Part shown: positions 1 through 6,329 of the stretch, piece after piece
Numbering within the stretch: position 1 is the stretch's first letter
Layout: each line of letters begins with the position of its first letter
NCBI GenBank assembly: GCA_046498225.1
Contig: JAWOBF010000048.1
Span: 1 to 10,609, forward strand
Direction: 5' to 3'
DNA from: Candidatus Aegiribacteria sp.
GTDB taxonomy: Bacteria; Fermentibacterota; Fermentibacteria; Fermentibacterales; JCC-6
Length of the DNA stretch: 10,609 nt
The notes under the pieces: model-generated
Told to the model about the DNA's origin: nothing
The model's database searches: none
The model's input: the letters and a program-made list of their open reading frames with translations, nothing else
Position numbers and translations under genes: made by a program

Positions 1-132
1 CAGGCTTACATAGATGATGAGCCCTACCTCGCGCGCAATCCCGATAATGCACTTCCGATAAGATTCGAGGAGGATTACGGCGTAACCGCGGGCCTTACGC
101 AGATGCTGGGAGAGAGATCCTTCGTGGAGCTT
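1..132 (+). CDS. Possible internal fragment of an unrelated protein (outer-membrane beta-strand or TonB-dependent-receptor-like) joined to the antisense of gltX
   Basis: +1 frame reads [44 protein letters not shown], which is protein-like with an alternating beta-strand pattern. The - strand gltX frame loses GluRS character over the same interval. The family guess is pattern recognition on only 44 aa. Confidence 0.35.
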
Positions 133-1086
133 GTCCAGGTCGAACACCGGTCCGCCCAGGCTGATGTCCTCCAGCCTGAAGCTGTCTATCATGTCCCGCA
201 CCGAGAACTTCTCCCTGTCGTCCGACAGGTGCCACCCCATCATGCCTATGAAGTTCAGCAGCGCCTCGGGAAGTATGCCGGTCCTGCGGTACCAGTCTAT
301 GGATACGGGGTTCTTCCTCTTGTACAGCTTGCTCCTGTCCTTGTTCCGGAGCAGGGGAAGATGGCAGAAGACGGGAGGCTCCCAGCCGAAGAACTGATAG
401 AGCAGGACATGCTTGGGCACGGAATTTATCCATTCCTCGCCCCTCACGATATGGGAGATCCTCATGAGATGGTCGTCCACCACCACGGCAAGGTGGTAGG
501 TAGGGTAGCCGTCGGCCTTCATTATCACCTGGTCGTCGATGGATTCCCAGTCTTTCTCTATCCTCCCCCGGAGAAGGTCGTTGAATTCGCATTTACCCTC
601 CAGAGGCACCTTCATCCTGACGGTGAACTCCTCGCCCGCATCAACCCTCCTTCGAGCCTCATCGGGGGGAATGTCCCTGCATTTCCTGTCGTAGCCGCTT
701 CCGGCGCCGGACTTCTGCCGCTCCACTCTTACCTCTGCCAGCCTCTCCCGGCTGCAGAAACAGGGGTAGGCATGACCCTTTGCCACCAGCATCTGTATAT
801 GGTCCTGGTAGATCTCCAGCCTCTCGCTCTGGCGGTAAGGCCCGAAGGGTCCTCCCACGTCGGGGCCCTCGTCCCACTCCAGGCCCAGCCATTTGAGCGA
901 CTCGATGATGGCCATCTCGGAGGCCGGGGAGGACCTCTCCCTGTCGGTGTCCTCTATTCGCAGCACGAAACTGCCGCCGTTCTTCCTTGCCCACACATAT
1001 CCGAACAGCGCCTGGTACGCGGTTCCCACGTGCGGGTCCCCTGTGGGCGAGGGGGCCAGCCGGGTCCTTACTTCGACGTCAGACAT
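1..1086 (-). CDS. gltX: Glutamate--tRNA ligase (glutamyl-tRNA synthetase), partial. The frame is open to the window edge, but GluRS-like sequence extends only to about nt 121 (about aa 322).
   Basis: Not in the ORF track because it has no stop within the window. Manual translation from ATG at 1086-1084 (SD-like GAAAGG upstream) gives [22 protein letters not shown] (HIGH-type motif), [89 protein letters not shown] (KMSKS-type motif), PEALLNF and [12 protein letters not shown]. Confidence 0.95.
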   Translation of the reverse strand, partial: MSDVEVRTRLAPSPTGDPHVGTAYQALFGYVWARKNGGSFVLRIEDTDRERSSPASEMAIIESLKWLGLEWDEGPDVGGPFGPYRQSERLEIYQDHIQMLVAKGHAYPCFCSRERLAEVRVERQKSGAGSGYDRKCRDIPPDEARRRVDAGEEFTVRMKVPLEGKCEFNDLLRGRIEKDWESIDDQVIMKADGYPTYHLAVVVDDHLMRISHIVRGEEWINSVPKHVLLYQFFGWEPPVFCHLPLLRNKDRSKLYKRKNPVSIDWYRRTGILPEALLNFIGMMGWHLSDDREKFSVRDMIDSFRLEDISLGGPVFDLDKLHEGSLSQHLRKARGYAVILLESYRKCIIGIAREVGLIIYVSL

Positions 1087-1126
1087 ACGAACCTTTCAGC
1101 TGTTTACGGTTCATTCCATTCCCCGA

Positions 1127-1155
1127 AATATACACGCCGCCGCCCCCGGGATGAA
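1127..1155 (-). promoter_or_regulatory. Candidate sigma70 promoter for gltX
   Basis: On the - strand, TTCATC (1155-1150), a 17-nt spacer and TATATT (1132-1127), about 40 nt upstream of the gltX ATG. The -35 match is weak. Confidence 0.3.
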
Positions 1156-1183
1156 GGGTATTCCCCCTGAGCCGAACTCTCAC

Positions 1184-1212
1184 TTGTAAGACATAAGTCT
1201 ATGTGATATTGT
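1184..1212 (+). promoter_or_regulatory. Candidate sigma70 promoter with extended -10 for the sucC operon
   Basis: TTGTAA (1184-1189), exactly 17 nt, then TATTGT (1207-1212) preceded by TG at 1204-1205 (TGn extended -10). It lies in a markedly AT-rich patch about 60 nt upstream of the sucC ATG. Confidence 0.55.
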
Positions 1213-1273
1213 TAAACCTGATTCTTTGAATTCCAATTTCCTTTGACGTTCACCGGAACAGTACGGAGTAGAT

Positions 1274-2422
1274 ATGAAGCTAGAGGAGTTCCAGGCGAAG
1301 CAGCTGTTCAGGGAGCATGGCATCCCGGCGCCGGACGGGGTAATGGTCACCTCCCCCGAAGACGCCGCGGTCGCGGCGGATAACATAGGCTGTCCGGTGG
1401 TGGTCAAGGCCCAGGTCAAGACCGGGGGCAGGGGCAAGGCCGGGGGGGTCAAGCTCGCGGATACCCCCGAAGAGGCGCGCGAAGCGGCCGAATCCATACT
1501 GGGAATGGATATAAAGGGATTTCCGGTGGAAAGACTGCTGGTGGAGCCGGCCATGCCGATATCCTCGGAATACTACGTGGGAATAACCATAGACAGGAAG
1601 AGAAAGCTTCCGGTAATGATGGTTTCCGCTTCGGGCGGCATGGACATCGAGAAGGTCGCGGCGGAAACGCCGGAGCTGATCTTCTTTCAGCCTGTGAACC
1701 CCCAGCGGGGGATGCGTCCATTCGAGGCCAGAGAGCTGGCCTTCAAGCTGTTCGATGAGAAGAAGAAGGCCGCGGCGGCCGCTTCCATAATGGTAAAACT
1801 GTGGACCTGCTTCAATGACCTGGACGCCACCCTGGCCGAGATAAACCCCCTGGCCCTGCTGGAGGACGGTTCCATAATAGCTCTGGATGCCAAGATAGTC
1901 CTGGACGACAACGCCCTCTACCGCCATCCGGGAATGGATGAACTCCGTCTGCCCACCCCCTCGGAGAAGAAGGAACTGGGAGCCGGGAGCCATGGACTCT
2001 CCTACGTTCAGCTCGAGGGGGAGATAGGATGCATGGTCAACGGAGCCGGCCTGGCCATGGCGACCATGGACGTGATCAAGCATCTGGGAGGAACTCCGGC
2101 CAACTTTCTGGACATCGGCGGGAGCTCCAGCCCGGAGAAGGTGGTGCACGCCATGGAGCTGCTTGTATCTGACTCCGGCGTGAAGGCCATATTCATCAAC
2201 GTATTCGGCGGCATTACCCGCTGTGACGACGTGGCCAACGGGCTCATCATGGCGCTGGAGGAGATAGACCTGAAGCTTCCGATGGTGGTCAGGCTCACCG
2301 GCACCAACGAGGAGGAAGGCATAGATATCCTCTCCCGGCACGGCATAAAAGCCATGAAGGATATGACGGAGGGGGCGAGGGAAGCCATTCGGCTTGCCCG
2401 TGAGGGGGGTGACGGCCGATGA
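1274..2422 (+). CDS. sucC: Succinate--CoA ligase (succinyl-CoA synthetase) beta subunit
   Basis: 382 aa. Motifs: MKLEEFQAK, VVVKAQVKTGGRGKAGGVK (ATP-grasp), EINPL, LDAK, DDNALYRH, GCMVNGAGLAMATMD, PANFLDIGG, NVFGGITRCD, VVRLTGTNEEEG. GGAG SD upstream. Confidence 0.96.
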   Translation: MKLEEFQAKQLFREHGIPAPDGVMVTSPEDAAVAADNIGCPVVVKAQVKTGGRGKAGGVKLADTPEEAREAAESILGMDIKGFPVERLLVEPAMPISSEYYVGITIDRKRKLPVMMVSASGGMDIEKVAAETPELIFFQPVNPQRGMRPFEARELAFKLFDEKKKAAAAASIMVKLWTCFNDLDATLAEINPLALLEDGSIIALDAKIVLDDNALYRHPGMDELRLPTPSEKKELGAGSHGLSYVQLEGEIGCMVNGAGLAMATMDVIKHLGGTPANFLDIGGSSSPEKVVHAMELLVSDSGVKAIFINVFGGITRCDDVANGLIMALEEIDLKLPMVVRLTGTNEEEGIDILSRHGIKAMKDMTEGAREAIRLAREGGDGR

Positions 2423-3294
2423 GCATACTTATCGACGAAAAGACCGGAGTGATGGTCCAGGGTCTGGGAAGGGACGGCTCGTTCCACGCCCTGCAGATGA
2501 AGGAATACGGGACCAATGTCGTGGCGGGGGTCCACCCCGGCAGGGGCGGTACCACCTTCGAGGGAATCCCGGTGTTCAATACAGCCGCCGACGCCGTGGA
2601 GAAGACCGGAGCCCGGTGCTCTGTGCTTTTCGTACCCGCTCCGTTCGCGGCCGACGCCATTCTGGAGAGCGCCACCGCCGGAGCCGAACTGGTCGTTGCG
2701 GTCACCGAGGGCATACCGGTGCTTGATATGTCCAGGGTTGTCATGGAACTGGACCAGCTGAACACCAGGCTGGTGGGACCAAACTGTCCGGGGCTCATCT
2801 CCCCGGAAAAGTCCAAGGTGGGAATAATGCCCGGGGATATCTTCCGGAAGGGACCGGTGGGAGTCATCTCCCGCAGCGGCACGCTCACTTACGAAGTCGT
2901 GCACCAGCTCTCCGGGGCGGGCTACGGTCAGTCCACCGCCATAGGAATGGGCGGCGACCCCATAGTGGGAATGAAGTACAACGATTACCTGATGCTCTTC
3001 GAGGAGGACCCGGACACCGAACTCATCGTGATAGTAGGAGAAATAGGGGGCACCGACGAACAGGACGCCGCCTCGTTCGTAAGCCGGCACGTCGAAAAGC
3101 CCGTGGTGGGCTACATCGTGGGCCGCAGCGCGCCTCCGGGCAAGCGCATGGGCCATGCCGGCGCCATAATCTCCGGCGCCGACAGCACGGCGGAGGCCAA
3201 GGTGGAGCACCTGAGGAAGAACGGTATCCCCGTAGCCGATACAGTGGAGCAGATAGTGGATCTTGCAGCCCGAGGACTGGGAGGATCAAATTGA
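2419..3294 (+). CDS. sucD: Succinate--CoA ligase alpha subunit
   Basis: 291 aa. Motifs: MSILID, GTNVVAGVHPGRGG, VTEGIP, LVGPNCPG, SRSGTLTYE, GQSTAIGMGGDP, GEIGG, and APPGKRMGHAGAI with the phospho-His. ATGA overlap with the sucC stop. Confidence 0.96.
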   Translation: MSILIDEKTGVMVQGLGRDGSFHALQMKEYGTNVVAGVHPGRGGTTFEGIPVFNTAADAVEKTGARCSVLFVPAPFAADAILESATAGAELVVAVTEGIPVLDMSRVVMELDQLNTRLVGPNCPGLISPEKSKVGIMPGDIFRKGPVGVISRSGTLTYEVVHQLSGAGYGQSTAIGMGGDPIVGMKYNDYLMLFEEDPDTELIVIVGEIGGTDEQDAASFVSRHVEKPVVGYIVGRSAPPGKRMGHAGAIISGADSTAEAKVEHLRKNGIPVADTVEQIVDLAARGLGGSN

Positions 3295-4136
3295 GAGAAC
3301 TCGATGTCGCCAGGATAACCGAAGCGGTCAGAGACCTGTCCATTGAAACCAACATTCACCTTCCCGATGACGTCAAAAAGGCTCTGAGGGACGCTCTTGC
3401 AGAGGAGGAATCGTCCCTGGGAAAAGAAATCCTCCAGGTGATACTGGACAACCATGATATCGCCGAGAAGGAGAAGATGCCCATCTGCCAGGATACCGGG
3501 GCCGCCATCGTGTTCCTGGAGGTGGGGCAGGACGTTCATCTCACCGGCGGAGACCTGGAGGAAGCGGTGAACGAGGGCGTCAGACAGGGCTACAGCGAAG
3601 GCTACCTGAGAAAGTCCATGGTGGGCGACCCGGTCATTCAGAGGAAGAACACCACGGACAACACTCCGTCCATCGTCTACACCCGCATCGTGCCGGGTGA
3701 TAAGGTAGGAATAGTATTCGCTCCCAAGGGGGGAGGCGCGGAGAACATGAGCGAGGTCCGGATGATGACCGCGGCCGACGGTATCGAGGGGGTGAAGGAC
3801 TTCGTGGTGGACCGGGTCTCCAGGTCCGGCGGCAATCCCTGTCCCCCGATAGTGGTGGGGGTAGGTATAGGGGGATGCTTCGAGAGGTCGGCCCTGCTGG
3901 CGAAGGAAGCCCTTATGAGGACCATCGGCGAACCCAATCCGGACCCGGAGTTCGACAGCGTGGAGAAGGAGCTGCTGGAGAGGATCAACAACCTTGGAAT
4001 AGGACCCCAGGGCCTGGGAGGAAGGACCACCGCCCTGGCGGTGCATGTAAAGACCCTCCCGTGCCACATAGCGTCGATGCCGGTAGCGGTGAACATCCAG
4101 TGCCATGCCAGCAGGCATGGCGAGAGAATACTGTAG
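3291..4136 (+). CDS. fumA: Class I (Fe-S) fumarate hydratase, two-subunit type, alpha subunit
   Basis: 281 aa, TTG start overlapping the sucD stop (TTGA), GGAGGA SD. Three cluster-ligand Cys in PICQDTG (C66), GNPCPP (C184) and NIQCHA (C271). Also GYLRKS, NTTDN, PKGGGAEN and LGIGPQGLGG. Confidence 0.9.
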   Translation: MRELDVARITEAVRDLSIETNIHLPDDVKKALRDALAEEESSLGKEILQVILDNHDIAEKEKMPICQDTGAAIVFLEVGQDVHLTGGDLEEAVNEGVRQGYSEGYLRKSMVGDPVIQRKNTTDNTPSIVYTRIVPGDKVGIVFAPKGGGAENMSEVRMMTAADGIEGVKDFVVDRVSRSGGNPCPPIVVGVGIGGCFERSALLAKEALMRTIGEPNPDPEFDSVEKELLERINNLGIGPQGLGGRTTALAVHVKTLPCHIASMPVAVNIQCHASRHGERIL

Positions 4137-4156
4137 GAAGGCAGGAGGAGATCCCA

Positions 4157-4717
4157 TTGAAGACGGTAGAACTGAGAACTCCCCTGGATGAGAAGCAGAT
4201 AAAGGACCTTGAATCCGGGGACAAGGTATTTCTGTCCGGCGAGATCTATACAGCGCGGGACGCAGCCCACAAAAGGCTGGTGGCGCTCCTGAAGGAGGGG
4301 AAGGAACTCCCCTTCGACCTGAAGGGAGCCGTCATCTACTACGTGGGCCCGGCACCGGCCCGCCCGGGCCAGGTGATGAACTCCGCCGGACCCACAACCA
4401 GCTACAGGATGGACGTCTTCACCCCCCTTCTGCTCGAGCACGGTCTTAAGGGGACAATAGGGAAGGGGCCCCGCTCCAGCGAAGTGCGGGAATCCATGGT
4501 GAAGAACAGAGGCCTGTACTTCGCCGCTGTGGGAGGGGCCGCTGCCGGCATCGCCTCATCGGTGAAGGAGGCCCGGGTGATAGCCTACGACGACCTTGGA
4601 CCCGAGGCGATAAGAAGGCTTGTAGTTGAGAAGATGCCCCTTTTCGTGGTCAACGACACGAAGGGAAACGATCTCTTTGAGCAGGGAGTGGCGGAATACC
4701 GCCGGGAGGATCGATAA
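4157..4717 (+). CDS. fumB: Class I (Fe-S) fumarate hydratase, two-subunit type, beta subunit
   Basis: Start re-assigned from the ORF track's 3875 to TTG at 4157, which follows a strong AGGAGGAG SD and does not overlap the alpha gene. 186 aa. Motifs: LSGEIYTARDAAHKRL, IYYVGP, AGPTTSYRMD, IGKG, DLGPEAI, NDTKGN. Confidence 0.9.
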   Translation: MKTVELRTPLDEKQIKDLESGDKVFLSGEIYTARDAAHKRLVALLKEGKELPFDLKGAVIYYVGPAPARPGQVMNSAGPTTSYRMDVFTPLLLEHGLKGTIGKGPRSSEVRESMVKNRGLYFAAVGGAAAGIASSVKEARVIAYDDLGPEAIRRLVVEKMPLFVVNDTKGNDLFEQGVAEYRREDR

Positions 4718-4744
4718 CAGTCTCATTCCTGAACGGATGGTAAA

Positions 4745-6199
4745 ATGAAAGATTTCGACCTTACACTCACCAACCTGGGAGAGCTGTTCCCCGAAGATTT
4801 CTCGGAGGAGCAGATAGCGAAGGCCAAGACGGTCTTCCTGAAGGAGCTGGCCTTCCGGATGCACAAGTTCTACAGGGGGAAGATGATAACCGTACCCAAG
4901 GCCGGCCTTTACGGTTTCAACTGGTTCAACGTGTGGTACACTCCTGGCGTATCCCGGGTATCCACCACCATTCGCGACAACAACGAGGCGGCCTACGAGC
5001 TGTCCAACAAGGGCAACCTGATAGGTGTCGTGAGCGATTCCACCAGGGTCCTGGGTGACGGGGACTGCACACCCCCCGGAGGTCTGGGGGTCATGGAGGG
5101 CAAGGCCTTCCTGATGAAGTACCTCGGAGGAGTGGATGCGGTGGCCCTCTGCATCAACAACAGGGATGCCGACGGCAAACCGGACCCCGACAAGATCATA
5201 GACTTCGTGAAGATGGCCGAGCCCAGCTTCGGCGGCATAAACCTGGAGGACATCTCCCAGCCCAACTGCTTCAAGGTGCTTGACACCCTGAGGGAGGAGT
5301 GCAACATACCCGTCTGGCACGATGACGCGCAGGGAACCGGATGTGTAACCCTGGCGGGACTGCTTGGGGCCCTTGAAGTGGTGGGAAAAAAGCTGGAGGA
5401 CGCTCGAATAGTCTTCATAGGGGCGGGGGCATCCAACACCACCATAGCCAGGCTGATAATAGCGGCGGGCGGAGACCCGAAGAAGATGGTGATGTTCGAT
5501 TCGAAGGGAAGCCTCTCCACCGACAGGGATGACATAAAAGCCGACAGGCGCTTCTACAGAAAGTGGGAACTCTGTGAAGCCACGAATCCTGAGAAGTTCA
5601 AGACCCACGCCGAGGCCGTAAAGGGAGCCGACGCGCTCATAGCCGTTTCCCGGCCCGGTCCGGGGCTCATACCCCATGAGTGGATAAGGTCCATGGCGAA
5701 GGATCCCATCGTATTCGCCTGCGCCAACCCGGTGCCGGAGATATATCCCTACGAGGCCAAGGAAGCCGGAGCGGCCATAGTGGCCACCGGCAGGGGAGAC
5801 TTCCCCAACCAGGTGAACAATTCCCTGGGGTTCCCGGGCATACTCAAGGGAGCCCTCCTGGTTCGGGCCAGGGCCATAACCGACAACATGGCAGTCGCGG
5901 CGGCCCGTTCGCTGGCGAACTTCGCCGGGAAGAAAGGGCTGACTCCAGATTACATCATTCCCACCATGGATGAGGCGGACGTCTTTCCCGAGGAGGCCGC
6001 CGATGTTGCCATGCAGGCCATCGAGGACGGCGTAGCCAGGCGCGAGATCACCAGGGAGCAGGCCGTAAAGGAGGCCAGGACGGACATCATGGAAGCCAGG
6101 AACCTGGTGCACAAGCTGATGGAGGAGGGCTTCATAAAGGAGCCTCCGGAGGAACTGATACGGGAGGCGGTCAAGCTGGCCGTAGACGCGGTCAGCTGA
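4745..6199 (+). CDS. Malic enzyme (oxaloacetate-decarboxylating malate dehydrogenase), small prokaryotic type without a PTA domain, probably NADP-preferring
   Basis: 484 aa. Motifs: WYTPGV (catalytic Tyr), GVMEGKA (catalytic Lys), GGINLEDI and WHDDAQGT (metal ligands), GAGAS (Rossmann), FDSKG, ANPVPEI, ATGRGDFPNQVNNSLGFPG. Confidence 0.95.
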   Translation: MKDFDLTLTNLGELFPEDFSEEQIAKAKTVFLKELAFRMHKFYRGKMITVPKAGLYGFNWFNVWYTPGVSRVSTTIRDNNEAAYELSNKGNLIGVVSDSTRVLGDGDCTPPGGLGVMEGKAFLMKYLGGVDAVALCINNRDADGKPDPDKIIDFVKMAEPSFGGINLEDISQPNCFKVLDTLREECNIPVWHDDAQGTGCVTLAGLLGALEVVGKKLEDARIVFIGAGASNTTIARLIIAAGGDPKKMVMFDSKGSLSTDRDDIKADRRFYRKWELCEATNPEKFKTHAEAVKGADALIAVSRPGPGLIPHEWIRSMAKDPIVFACANPVPEIYPYEAKEAGAAIVATGRGDFPNQVNNSLGFPGILKGALLVRARAITDNMAVAAARSLANFAGKKGLTPDYIIPTMDEADVFPEEAADVAMQAIEDGVARREITREQAVKEARTDIMEARNLVHKLMEEGFIKEPPEELIREAVKLAVDAVS

Positions 6200-6207
6200 T
6201 ATATCCG

Positions 6208-6242
6208 GGGTGAGGCGGCGGACGCCGCCTCACCCGACTTTT
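6208..6242 (+). terminator. Probable intrinsic terminator after the malic enzyme gene
   Basis: Perfect 12-bp stem GGGTGAGGCGGC (6208-6219), GGAC loop, GCCGCCTCACCC (6224-6235), followed by GACTTTTAT. It starts 8 nt after the stop. The U tract is short and offset, so it may be leaky. Confidence 0.7.
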
Positions 6243-6250
6243 ATCTGATC

Positions 6251-6329
6251 GCTCCCTCCCGGCGCACGGAACCGTCACCGCTCTAGCAGCGGAGCGCCGC
6301 CGGTGATGGTGCGGGAAAGGAATCACCAT
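6251..6329 (+). promoter_or_regulatory. Structured 5' leader of the ACT gene (candidate cis-regulatory RNA)
   Basis: ACCGTCACCG (6271-6280) pairs with CGGTGATGGT (6301-6310, one G-U pair), and CGCAC (6263-6267) with GTGCG (6309-6313). The same 3' arm can instead pair with ATCACC/CACCAT (6322-6329), which includes the start codon. The SD AAAGGA is at 6316-6321. Confidence 0.35.

Noticed and set aside
95..994. - strand ORFs 95..592 and 659..994 as frameshifted gltX pieces
   Set aside because: They are off-frame. gltX is continuous in one frame from 1086, so there is no frameshift.
103..1170. 355-aa + strand ORF
   Set aside because: It is the codon-aligned antisense shadow of gltX with no recognisable motifs. 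Only the first few residues, up to nt 132, may belong to the separate fragment noted above.
1274..3294. Malate thiokinase (mtkAB) or ATP-citrate lyase
   Set aside because: Lengths and the FGGI-RCD motif fit ordinary SucCD, and no malyl-CoA or citryl-CoA lyase gene or domain is in the window.
3875..4156. N-terminal extension of the fumarase beta ORF, or an alpha-beta fusion by frameshift
   Set aside because: It overlaps the alpha gene out of frame. Alpha has its own stop at 4134-4136 and beta has a strong SD with TTG at 4157. Split class I fumarases are well known.
3291..4717. L-tartrate dehydratase ttdAB
   Set aside because: Same family, but the KGGGxEN and GPTTSxRM motifs and the sucCD/malic enzyme context favour fumarase. 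Not excluded biochemically.
1280..6112. Long - strand ORFs (1280..2341, 2008..3210, 3111..4157, 3677..4441, 4556..6112)
   Set aside because: They are antisense shadows of well-supported genes, expected in GC-rich coding DNA, and show no family motifs.
6200..6327. tRNA, CRISPR repeat, REP element or known riboswitch in the intergenic region
   Set aside because: No cloverleaf, no repeated copies elsewhere in the window, and no recognisable lysine, SAM, glycine or T-box consensus.
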